Source of the DNA: an uncultured Candidatus Saccharibacteria bacterium
GTDB lineage: Bacteria; Patescibacteriota; Minisyncoccia; Phycocordibacterales; XYD1-FULL-46-19
DNA length: 44,648 bases
NCBI GenBank assembly: GCA_964433715.1
Contig: CAYSSL010000001.1
Coordinates: forward strand, 1-44,648
Reading direction: 5' to 3'
The notes under the pieces are model-generated. The model searched no databases. It was not told the DNA's origin and saw only the letters and a list, made by a program, of their open reading frames with translations. Positions 17,379-26,131 of the stretch are shown piece by piece; position 1 is the first letter of the stretch, and the number at the start of each line of letters is the position of its first letter. A program made the translations under genes and the position numbers.

Positions 17379-18164
17379 CTAATTTACTATCTGATCAGCC
17401 AACCATTCGTTTATATTAAACCCTGGTTTTAATACTTCAAAATCTTGAAGTAATATTTCTTGACCAGTTTCCATACCGACATTAAATATCGTAGAAACCA
17501 TGCCCGTCTTTCTTGGTCCTTGACCAACCAACCTAGTCTGGCAGTTTACATCTTTTTCATTTGCCAAGGTAAAAAGTATATCTCCTATTCCTTCAACACA
17601 AGCTGCCTTATCTGGACCAGAGGAAGCTGCCACTATACACTTAACAAGATTATTCCTCAAAAGTTTACCGACCTGTTCAGTAATATCTGCGGCAAATATC
17701 TTTGGATTAGATGAAGTGGTTGAAGCTAGTTTTGCCAACTGATACTTACATTTTCTAACTATTTTATTTTTTAGACAGCCTTTACTATCAATACCATTTG
17801 TGTCATCGTAGCCATCAAATACATAAACCTCACCTTCCACAATATTTGAGCCAACCAAACTAGCAACCTCACTTTCCGTCATATTTGTAAAATCAGTATT
17901 TTTAAAGTCCGACTTAAAAGACACGGGTATTTTTACTCTTCGCGCATAGCCATATTTAGGCATTTGAACCGTTGGACAAGTTTTTTCTGCCCCAGCCGTA
18001 GCGGTAGACAACATATATCGCGATTCACCCGATTCCATATCTGTTAAAACAATTTTTCTGTCAGACGTGGAGCCAAATAAATACAAACCAAGACCAAAAA
18101 AACATAAAACGAGTATTAAATTAATCAACAAACACAACCGATGCTTACTTATGTAATCATTCAT
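17379..18164 (-). CDS. hypothetical membrane-anchored, Cys-containing extracytoplasmic protein
   Basis: 261 aa with one N-terminal TM helix and a soluble domain containing several Cys. No recognisable family. Confidence 0.6.
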   Translation of the reverse strand: MNDYISKHRLCLLINLILVLCFFGLGLYLFGSTSDRKIVLTDMESGESRYMLSTATAGAEKTCPTVQMPKYGYARRVKIPVSFKSDFKNTDFTNMTESEVASLVGSNIVEGEVYVFDGYDDTNGIDSKGCLKNKIVRKCKYQLAKLASTTSSNPKIFAADITEQVGKLLRNNLVKCIVAASSGPDKAACVEGIGDILFTLANEKDVNCQTRLVGQGPRKTGMVSTIFNVGMETGQEILLQDFEVLKPGFNINEWLADQIVN

Positions 18165-18246
18165 AATAAATAAAGTCTTCTTATAAATAATCTAATTCAA
18201 GAGTATATTAAATAAAATATTAAAAATAGTTAGTTATCCACCATAA

Positions 18247-18276
18247 ACAAAAATTGCCCCTTGGGGCAATTTTTGT
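18247..18276 (-). terminator. terminator after groEL
   Basis: aaaaattgcc..ggcaattttt hairpin with flanking A and T runs. Confidence 0.7.
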
Positions 18277-18299
18277 TGTTTATAAATTTACTAATTACT

Positions 18300-19952
18300 T
18301 TAATACCCCATCCCCATCTCCCCGCCATGGTTATGCGGTTCTTCTTTTTTTGGTATTTCAGTAATAGCCACGCCAATTGTCAGATAGTTGGCTGCTACCG
18401 ACACCGCATTGGTAAAAGCAGTCTTGGTCACCTTTAGTGGGTCCACAATCCCCGCTTTCTTTAAATCCTCAATTTCATTTTTACTAGCGTTAAAACCAAG
18501 CCAGTTTTTATTGGATTTATCTTTTATCTCCCCTTTTTTATCTTTTAGATCTCCAATAATAGAAACTACCGTCTCACCACTATTTTCAATAATAGCCGAA
18601 AGCGGTGCTTGAGTTACCCGTCGTAATATTTCCCAAGCATGGAGCACTACATCATCGGTGGTCGACTTTTCCGCCATCGCTAAGCTAACATTAAACAAGG
18701 CAATACCGCCTCCGGGCACCACGCCTTGCTCCATCGCCGCCCGCGTGGCTGACACGGCGTCCTCCACCCTCTGTTTCAATTCTTTTTGAGCAGATTCGGT
18801 TGGAGCCCCAACTTTTATTACCGCTACCCCACCCGAGAGTTTACCCAAACGCTCAACCAACTTTTCTTTATCATATTTAGATTCAGTTTTTTCAATCTGG
18901 GCCTTTAGTTGATTGACCCTATTTTCAATCTCATTTTTTTTGCCTTTACCACCAACAATCACGGTTGCATCTTTAGAGGCAATAACCCGTCGGGCGCGAC
19001 CAAGATGTGACAATTCTGCACTCTCTAGCTTAAGACCAAGAGACTCGGTAATCAGCGTCGCTCCGGTAACAATAGCAATGTCCTCCAACATCTCTTTGCG
19101 ACGATCGCCAAACCCAGGGGCTTTAATAGCTAAACTATTAAAAATACCGCGGATTTTGTTTAGCACCAAAGTGGTAAGGGCCTCACCCTCAACATCTTCA
19201 GCAATGATAACCAAATCTTTTTTACCCCCTTGAGCCATTTTCTCAAGCAAAGGCAAAATCTCTTTAATAGAGCCGATCTTTTTATCGGTGACAAGAATAA
19301 ATGGATCACTATATTCAGCTTCCATTTTATCAGGATTGGTGACCATATAAGGTGCAATATAGCCCTTATCAAACTGCAGACCTTCTACCACTTCTGAAGA
19401 ATTAGAAATGGTATTGGAATCTTCAATAGTGATTACCCCTTCTTTACCGACAGTTTTGAAAACACCGGCAATCAACTCTCCAATCTCGGCATCCTTGGCC
19501 GACAAAGTAGCGACTTCTTTTATTTTGCCCGCATCTTTCACGGCTTCGGCCTGATCTTCTAGTGAAGAAATGATTTCTTCACTACCCTTTTTTATTTCAT
19601 CAGCCAAACGAATAACATTGAAACCACGATCGGCAATCGCCTTTTCCCCTTCCTCAATCAGAGCTTGCGCTAAAATAATAGAGGTCGTAGTACCATCACC
19701 CACATTGTCATTGGTTTTGTCGGCCGCCTGCTTCAACAGATTAGCACCAAGATTTTCAAACTTATCTTCCAATTCTATTTCTTTAGCTACCGTCACACCA
19801 TCAAGGGTAACCTGTGGAGCACCATAGCTTTTTTCTATTACCACGGCTCGGCCTCGTGGACCAAGGGTCATTTTTACCGCTTCAGAAAGCTGGTCTATGC
19901 CTCGCTTTAAAGCCTTCCGCGCTTCATCATTAAAATAGATTTTTTTGGCCAT
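18300..19952 (-). CDS. groL: chaperonin GroEL
   Basis: 550 aa with canonical blocks (AVKMTLGPRGR, DGTTTS, GGGIAL) and a GGM-like C-terminal tail. Confidence 0.97.
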   Translation of the reverse strand: MAKKIYFNDEARKALKRGIDQLSEAVKMTLGPRGRAVVIEKSYGAPQVTLDGVTVAKEIELEDKFENLGANLLKQAADKTNDNVGDGTTTSIILAQALIEEGEKAIADRGFNVIRLADEIKKGSEEIISSLEDQAEAVKDAGKIKEVATLSAKDAEIGELIAGVFKTVGKEGVITIEDSNTISNSSEVVEGLQFDKGYIAPYMVTNPDKMEAEYSDPFILVTDKKIGSIKEILPLLEKMAQGGKKDLVIIAEDVEGEALTTLVLNKIRGIFNSLAIKAPGFGDRRKEMLEDIAIVTGATLITESLGLKLESAELSHLGRARRVIASKDATVIVGGKGKKNEIENRVNQLKAQIEKTESKYDKEKLVERLGKLSGGVAVIKVGAPTESAQKELKQRVEDAVSATRAAMEQGVVPGGGIALFNVSLAMAEKSTTDDVVLHAWEILRRVTQAPLSAIIENSGETVVSIIGDLKDKKGEIKDKSNKNWLGFNASKNEIEDLKKAGIVDPLKVTKTAFTNAVSVAANYLTIGVAITEIPKKEEPHNHGGEMGMGY

Positions 19953-19954
19953 AA

Positions 19955-20275
19955 CTATTCTTCAATAATTGCTAATATGTTGGACTCGCTGACGATTAAA
20001 TATTCAGTGCCGTCTACCTTTATTTCATCAGGACCATATTTGGAAAATAGCACCCGCTGACCTTTTTTTACTCGCAAAGGAATAATCTTTCCATTTTCAT
20101 CAAATTTACCCTCACCCACCGCTACCACAATACCCTCTTCTGGGCGTTCTTTATTGACCGTATCGGGAATAATAATCCCCGAAGCACTAGCACTTTCATT
20201 TTTGGTATCCACTGGCTCAATGAGCACCTTGTCGCCCAAAGGGACAATTTTTACTTTACTTTTTGCCTTTTTCAT
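19955..20275 (-). CDS. groS: co-chaperonin GroES
   Basis: 106 aa with the IVPLGDKVLI start pattern. It lies 2 nt upstream of groEL. Confidence 0.95.
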   Translation of the reverse strand: MKKAKSKVKIVPLGDKVLIEPVDTKNESASASGIIIPDTVNKERPEEGIVVAVGEGKFDENGKIIPLRVKKGQRVLFSKYGPDEIKVDGTEYLIVSESNILAIIEE

Positions 20276-20334
20276 AGCGCTTTAGTACGGCTAAAATAGC
20301 CGATTTTAGGATTATATTCTTGTAATGCAAGCGT

Positions 20335-20363
20335 ATTATAGTGAGATCGAACCCGACCGTCAA
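20335..20363 (-). promoter_or_regulatory. sigma-70-type promoter of groES-groEL
   Basis: The minus strand reads TTGACG - 17 nt - TATAAT, about 60 nt upstream of the groES ATG. Confidence 0.6.
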
Positions 20364-20416
20364 CGCTATTTGCTTTTATCTTTGGTTCTGATATACTAGG
20401 TCAAACAAGCTAAGAA

Positions 20417-20647
20417 ATGGAAACTCTCGCTTCGCTACTGCCTTGGATTCAAATCGTCCTGTCAGTTGCCCTCATCGCTCTCATATTATTGCAACAGAAT
20501 GACTCCAGCTTAGGAGATGCTTTTGGTGGTGGTGACTCTGCTACTCACGCTCATCGCAAACGAGGGGTAGAAAAAATGATTTTCAACAGCACTGTTATAG
20601 TGGCCATTTTGTTTGTCTTGTCTACGGTCATCTCTCTTTTAATCTAG
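20417..20647 (+). CDS. secG: preprotein translocase subunit SecG
   Basis: 76 aa with two TM helices flanking a Gly-rich loop (LGDAFGGGDS), the typical SecG layout. Confidence 0.7.
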   Translation: METLASLLPWIQIVLSVALIALILLQQNDSSLGDAFGGGDSATHAHRKRGVEKMIFNSTVIVAILFVLSTVISLLI

Positions 20648-20740
20648 TAATCTAGAAGTTGGATATTTATCCAAAATTGTTTAGTTTTTACCTAAAACAC
20701 GTCTTAAAAAATATTTTAGAATTAATTTACTCGCTAGTTC

Positions 20741-22483
20741 ATGCCGTCTACAACCGAGCTTCATCAGGCAGTACGCTCTCTAACACTGCGTCAAAAACTT
20801 TTTGCTTCGGCTTTTTTCCTTGTCGGTAGTCTTTCTCTACTGATGGCCTTTTGGCTCCTAAATGAGTCCACCTTAGTGGAAGTTCCCGAAGAAGGTGGCT
20901 CTATGGTAGAAGGTGTTATTGGAGCACCACGTTTTATTAACCCACTACTGGCTATTTCTGATACCGATCGCGATCTGGTTGCCCTAATTTATTCAGGGCT
21001 TCTAAGAAAAACCGCCGAAGGAGAATTGATCCCCGATTTGGCTGAACACTACACCATATCTAAAGACGGTCGCGAGTACACCTTTGTTTTGAAAGACAAT
21101 TTAACTTGGCACGACGGCATTGCTTTGTCAGCCGCCGACGTGGCTTATACAGTTAATATTCTTCAAAATCCAATCACCGGCAGTGTTCGTAGTTCAATTT
21201 GGCAAGGAGTGAGCACAAAAGTGGTCAATAAAAAAACCATAATTTTTACCACTCCCGAACCAAGATCATCGTTTCTAAACCAATTAACCACCGGCATAAT
21301 GCCGGCCCATATTTGGAAAGACGTACCAATGGACAGCTTTGCTTTTAGTACTCACAACGAACTACCGGTTGGGTCGGGTGCATATATGATCGCCGACATC
21401 AAAAAAACTAGTACTGGAGTACCCGAATACTACGACTTGGTTCCATTTACCAATTTTTCTCTTGGTCGAGCCCATATTAGCCAAGTTCGATTTTCTTTTT
21501 TTCCTAATGAAAATGATTTATTAGAGGCCTATGATGATGGAAAAATAGACAGTCTATCGGGTATCGCCCCCACCACCGCCATTAGGCTCGCTCGCACCGG
21601 TTCCAACGTAAAAACCGCCGCTCTACCACGAGTCTTTGGCATCTTTTTCAACCAAAATCAAGCTGAATTATTTACACAAAAAGAAGTCCGCGAAGCCCTA
21701 TCTCTAACTCTAGATAAAAAATACATCGTTTCTAATATTCTAAAAGAATACGCTACAGCCATAGATGGACCACTACCACCGGGCGCCTTTGGTTATCAAA
21801 AGGCCGATTTACCATCGACCCCATTAAACAGCCGACTGGCTACGGCTCAAAAAATGTTAGACGGGGCAGGTTGGACAAAAAATAGCGACGGCATTTTGAC
21901 CAAAAAAGGTGCCAAAGCAAATTATATTTTAGAGTTTACTATTACGACCGCCGACACTCCGGAACTAAAGGCGATTGCCGAACTAGCCAAAACCCAATGG
22001 GAAAGACTGGGGGCTAAAGTTGAAATTCGAATATTAGATCAGTCTGCCCTCCAACAAAATGCGATCAGGCCACGCAAATACGATGTTCTTCTCTTTGGTA
22101 TGGCGACCGGCTTAGAGGGTGATTTATATCCATTTTGGCACTCCCATGAACGGCTAGACCCCGGACTAAATGTCGCCATGTATACCAACCCCGCTGCCGA
22201 CAAACTCTTAGAGAAAGCACGCATCGAAACAAACGAAGACCTGAGGAAAAAAGATATTACTGAACTCTATCAAATTATTAAAAAAGACATACCAGCTATT
22301 TTTATTTACAGTCCAAACTTTGTCTACATTGTCCCCAAACAGATAGCGGGGTTTGATTTAGGAAATATTAGCTCCCCTGCCGACCGACTACTTCCTCTCT
22401 ATCAAGCTTATACTGAAACCCAAAAAATATGGCCATTTTTTGTCACCAACCGCCCAGAAAATATTAAGGAATTAAAAGATTAG
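20741..22483 (+). CDS. ABC transporter substrate-binding protein, family 5 (peptide/nickel type)
   Basis: 580 aa with an N-terminal TM/signal anchor and family-5 SBP blocks (LTWHDG, PVGSGAY). No permease or ATPase genes are adjacent. Confidence 0.8.
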   Translation: MPSTTELHQAVRSLTLRQKLFASAFFLVGSLSLLMAFWLLNESTLVEVPEEGGSMVEGVIGAPRFINPLLAISDTDRDLVALIYSGLLRKTAEGELIPDLAEHYTISKDGREYTFVLKDNLTWHDGIALSAADVAYTVNILQNPITGSVRSSIWQGVSTKVVNKKTIIFTTPEPRSSFLNQLTTGIMPAHIWKDVPMDSFAFSTHNELPVGSGAYMIADIKKTSTGVPEYYDLVPFTNFSLGRAHISQVRFSFFPNENDLLEAYDDGKIDSLSGIAPTTAIRLARTGSNVKTAALPRVFGIFFNQNQAELFTQKEVREALSLTLDKKYIVSNILKEYATAIDGPLPPGAFGYQKADLPSTPLNSRLATAQKMLDGAGWTKNSDGILTKKGAKANYILEFTITTADTPELKAIAELAKTQWERLGAKVEIRILDQSALQQNAIRPRKYDVLLFGMATGLEGDLYPFWHSHERLDPGLNVAMYTNPAADKLLEKARIETNEDLRKKDITELYQIIKKDIPAIFIYSPNFVYIVPKQIAGFDLGNISSPADRLLPLYQAYTETQKIWPFFVTNRPENIKELKD

Positions 22484-22517
22484 AAAATTTATTTAAAAAT
22501 TATTTAGAAAGAAATTT

Positions 22518-24422
22518 ATGCCACCGAATTCAAAACCAACTCCCAATAAAAGCCAGCCCCACCGTTCATATGGTCGCCCTCGTCGACCAGCTTTGTCTAC
22601 ACCAAGCGAAAAATCAGCTGGCGGACAACCAAGTAGCCCTAAACCATCTACACCAAAGACTGGAGCCAATCGCAGACCACACCCAAGACGGTCGGGCAGT
22701 GGTGAACGTTATGAAACCGCCCGACCAGCTAAAGCTATTCCGCCAATTAGTGAAGGGGTGATCCGCATTATTCCACTTGGTGGAGTAGAAGAAATCGGTA
22801 AAAATATGACCGCCATTGAAATGGGCAACGACATTATTATTATTGATGCCGGTCTCCAATTTCCTGACGACTCTGCCCCGGGGGTAGACTATATTATTCC
22901 AGACACAACCTACCTAGAAACAAACAAAAGTAAAATAAGAGGTATGGTTGTTACCCATGGCCACCTAGACCACATTGGCGGCATTCCTTATGTTATGCCA
23001 AAAATCGGTAACCCTCCTATCTACACCAGCACCCTGACTGCTGTGATGATAAAAAAACGACAGGAAGAATTTTTACATTTACCTAAACTTATTATCAACA
23101 CCGTTGATCAAAAAGACACCATTAGGTTGGGTAATTTTAAGTTACGCTTTTTTGGTGCCACTCACACTATTCCCGACACCCTAGGTCTCATTATTGAAAC
23201 CCCTTACGGCAATATTATTATGACGGGGGATATAAAAATTGAGACCAAAGACAATATTCCCCTACCCTTTGAGGTTGAAACTTACGAAAAGCTCGGCCGT
23301 GAAAAAAACCTACTTTTAGTAGCCGACTCCACCAATGTTTGGAAAGAAGGTTTTTCTTTTCCCGAGAAAGAAGTGCACGAAAACTTAAAAGCTCTGATTA
23401 GAGATGTTCCGGGGCGAGTCATCGTCTCAACTTTTGCTTCACTTTTTGATCGACTGATTTTTGTTATCCAAGCCGCAGAAGTCCTAGGCAAAAAAGTGGT
23501 CGTGGAAGGCCGCTCTATGAAAACCAATGTTGAGATAGCCAAAGAGCTGGGCATACTTAAGGTCAAAGATTCTACCATGATTGGGTCAGAAAGAATGGAA
23601 GAATATCCCGACAACAAATTGGTTATACTCGCCACAGGCGCTCAGGGAGATGAATTTGCCGCGATGATGCGTATTTCCAACAAAACTCACAAATATGTAA
23701 AGCTACACAAGGGCGATACTGTTCTACTGTCTAGTTCGGTGATCCCTGGTAACGAAAAAAATGTCGAAAAACTCAAAGACAACCTTGCGCGTCAAGGAGC
23801 AAAGATCCTCCACTATGGAGTTGCCAATATTCACTCATCTGGTCACTCTTACCGCGGTGAGATGGAATACATCCACAAAATGATCAAGGCCAAATTCTTT
23901 ATCCCTGTCCACGGCAACCACTATATGCTCCGCGAACACGAAGATTTGGCCGAAAGAATGGGTATGAAAGAAGGAACCATTGTCGTGCCTGACAATGGTA
24001 TGGTTATAGAAATTGGCGACAATGGCAATAAAATAACCACCCTAAAAGAAACTGCTCCTAGCAAGGTGGTAATGATAGACGGCTTAGGAGTGGGCGATGT
24101 TCAAGAAGTGGTCATTCGCGATCGCCAACTATTATCCCAAGACGGTATGTTTGTTATTATTGCCACCATTGATGTTAAAACCGGCAAAGTCCGCAAGTCG
24201 CCCGATATTATTTCTAGAGGTTTTGTCTACCTAAAAGAATCGCAAGATATGCTACACAACGTTCGTGGCTTAATAAAAAAGACTATTGAAGATTCAACCA
24301 GTAAAATGCACCCGATAAATTTTGACTATGTCAAAAACGCGGTCCGTGAAGAAGTGGGACGTTTTCTATTTCAGAAAACCCACAAACGACCAATTATTTT
24401 ACCTGTTTTGATTGAAGTATAG
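22518..24422 (+). CDS. rnj: ribonuclease J with an ~80-aa Pro/Ser/Arg/Lys-rich N-terminal extension
   Basis: 634 aa with the metallo-beta-lactamase motif HGHLDHIGG, beta-CASP-type blocks and a C-terminal domain. The catalytic core starts near IRIIPLGG. Confidence 0.9.
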   Translation: MPPNSKPTPNKSQPHRSYGRPRRPALSTPSEKSAGGQPSSPKPSTPKTGANRRPHPRRSGSGERYETARPAKAIPPISEGVIRIIPLGGVEEIGKNMTAIEMGNDIIIIDAGLQFPDDSAPGVDYIIPDTTYLETNKSKIRGMVVTHGHLDHIGGIPYVMPKIGNPPIYTSTLTAVMIKKRQEEFLHLPKLIINTVDQKDTIRLGNFKLRFFGATHTIPDTLGLIIETPYGNIIMTGDIKIETKDNIPLPFEVETYEKLGREKNLLLVADSTNVWKEGFSFPEKEVHENLKALIRDVPGRVIVSTFASLFDRLIFVIQAAEVLGKKVVVEGRSMKTNVEIAKELGILKVKDSTMIGSERMEEYPDNKLVILATGAQGDEFAAMMRISNKTHKYVKLHKGDTVLLSSSVIPGNEKNVEKLKDNLARQGAKILHYGVANIHSSGHSYRGEMEYIHKMIKAKFFIPVHGNHYMLREHEDLAERMGMKEGTIVVPDNGMVIEIGDNGNKITTLKETAPSKVVMIDGLGVGDVQEVVIRDRQLLSQDGMFVIIATIDVKTGKVRKSPDIISRGFVYLKESQDMLHNVRGLIKKTIEDSTSKMHPINFDYVKNAVREEVGRFLFQKTHKRPIILPVLIEV

Positions 24423-24432
24423 GTTATAATAT

Positions 24433-24465
24433 AGTTCAGCTGGTCTGACCCAGACCAGCTGAACT
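24433..24465 (+). terminator. 15-bp perfect hairpin between rnj and the MFS gene (terminator or processing site)
   Basis: agttcagctggtctg - acc - cagaccagctgaact. No T-run follows, and the MFS ATG lies 3 nt downstream. Confidence 0.4.
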
Positions 24466-24468
24466 AAA

Positions 24469-25665
24469 ATGTCTGCCAACATATCTAGCAACTCAAAAAA
24501 TCTGCGCCGTAGTGTTTATGCGGCCGGACTTTTTTTGACTTTGACCTCCTCCTTGGTCTCTTATATTAACTCTAGCTTTTTAGCGTCCTTAATTAATGAG
24601 AAATGGGTGGGAATAATTTATATTTTAGCTTCGGTTATTACTATTGGAAGTTTTTTTTACTTACCCATATTAATCTCTAAAATAGATTTAAAGAAAATTT
24701 TACTCTGGTTAGCAATTATTACTACCACCAGTATTCTCGTTATCGGCCTAGTGTCCAAGCCGGCTATCATCATCCTTGGTCTATTTATTTTTTATTATGT
24801 CACCGGCGCCCTCTTGCGCTACAGCTTAGATTTATATTTAGAAACCACCTCATCTGACAAATTGACTGGCGGTATTCGCGGCTTGTTTTTAACTGCTATA
24901 AATTTTGCTTGGCTTATTTCTCCATTTTTAGCTGGCTTATTGCTAGACGGTCACGAAAGGTACCAAATTGTTTACCTCGGAGCCGCCATAGCTGGCCTAC
25001 CTTTAATATTTTTAATATTTTACGGCTTAAAACCACAAAAAATCTCCTCCCTAAATCAAACCAGCAAACTAGGGACCACTATCACTGAACTCTGGCAAGC
25101 GAAAACGGGACCCAAATGTGATATTCGCAACATTATCGCCATTGATTTGATTTTAAATTTTTTCTACGCCCTCATGGTGGTTTATACTCCAATCTATCTT
25201 CATTTACATTTAGGTTTTTCTTGGGATGAAATCGGTATTATTTTCACTATTATGCTTTTACCTTTCATTCTTTTAAATTACCCGATTGGATTTTTAGCTG
25301 ACAAAAAAATAGGCGAAAAAGAAATTCTAATAGTGGGGCTTTTGGTTATGGCTGGCGCGACTATTTCCTTATCATTTGTTTGGTCGTCTAGCCTACTGGT
25401 ATGGGCTCTAATTATGTTTTTATCTCGTGTCGGAGCAGCCTCTGTGGAAACAGCCAAAGAAATATACTTATTTAAAAAAATTGATAGTGGTGATACCTCG
25501 GTTTTGTCTCTCTCGCGAATGATGATATCTTTTTCTTATATCATCGGGCCGGCTTTTGCCACTATTTTTTTAACCCTATTTGATTTTCGGTTTATCTTCG
25601 TCGGCTTAGGCTTAATAACCCTGACTGGACTTATTTTTGCCACCGCCTTAACTGACACCAAATAG
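24469..25665 (+). CDS. MFS transporter
   Basis: 398 aa with about 12 TM helices in a 6+6 arrangement and a central loop. Confidence 0.75.
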   Translation: MSANISSNSKNLRRSVYAAGLFLTLTSSLVSYINSSFLASLINEKWVGIIYILASVITIGSFFYLPILISKIDLKKILLWLAIITTTSILVIGLVSKPAIIILGLFIFYYVTGALLRYSLDLYLETTSSDKLTGGIRGLFLTAINFAWLISPFLAGLLLDGHERYQIVYLGAAIAGLPLIFLIFYGLKPQKISSLNQTSKLGTTITELWQAKTGPKCDIRNIIAIDLILNFFYALMVVYTPIYLHLHLGFSWDEIGIIFTIMLLPFILLNYPIGFLADKKIGEKEILIVGLLVMAGATISLSFVWSSSLLVWALIMFLSRVGAASVETAKEIYLFKKIDSGDTSVLSLSRMMISFSYIIGPAFATIFLTLFDFRFIFVGLGLITLTGLIFATALTDTK

Positions 25666-25757
25666 TTGTAGTTGCAAAAAAAAATAAAAAAGATTAAAGT
25701 AGAAAGTTGAACTCGGTCAGTGAGGCCGAGACGAACGAACTTGGAGGAGTTCAGACT

Positions 25758-26060
25758 ATGCACAGACGCAAAAAGGTTATTTGCAAACACCGAATGATGG
25801 TTATCGGGACGCTAGAACTGAAGGCCAGCCAGATCCCGAACATCGGGGGTGGCATCAACATCTCCGGTGCGATTGAGCGCGGTGGTGGTCATTTCAGGGT
25901 CGTCGACCGTCATGGTCATGCTGACCGCGAGACCATTGTCCTGCAGCGGCTGGGCGATGTGGACAAGATCCACACAATCCACCCGCTCACACCTATTCCC
26001 GTTCTGAAGCTGGAACCAGACGCCGCCCAAGAACTGGAACTGGCCGTCGAAGTATCATAG
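25758..26060 (+). CDS. GC-rich orphan protein (100 aa), strand assignment uncertain
   Basis: ATG at 25758 is preceded by GGAGGAG (25743-25749). High third-position G+C and a +-oriented terminator at 26081-26116 support this strand. An antisense ORF (25812-26030, extendable to a GTG at 26066) is also open. Confidence 0.4.
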   Translation: MHRRKKVICKHRMMVIGTLELKASQIPNIGGGINISGAIERGGGHFRVVDRHGHADRETIVLQRLGDVDKIHTIHPLTPIPVLKLEPDAAQELELAVEVS

Positions 26061-26080
26061 GCCACGAACTCCTTATCAGC

Positions 26081-26116
26081 CCCTACTGGAAAACTTTCCG
26101 GTCGGGGTTGGTTTTA
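26081..26116 (+). terminator. terminator after the GC-rich orphan
   Basis: cccctactgg / ccggtcgggg stem followed by ttggtttt on the + strand only. Confidence 0.6.
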
Positions 26117-26131
26117 AATTGGCCACCAAAC

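Noticed and set aside
25812-26030. 72-aa minus-strand ORF (TTG start) in the GC-rich patch, as the primary gene call
   Set aside because: It is not fully rejected. The + strand ORF has the better SD-to-ATG spacing and the only correctly oriented terminator, so the minus ORF was not listed as a feature. The ambiguity is reported in the findings.
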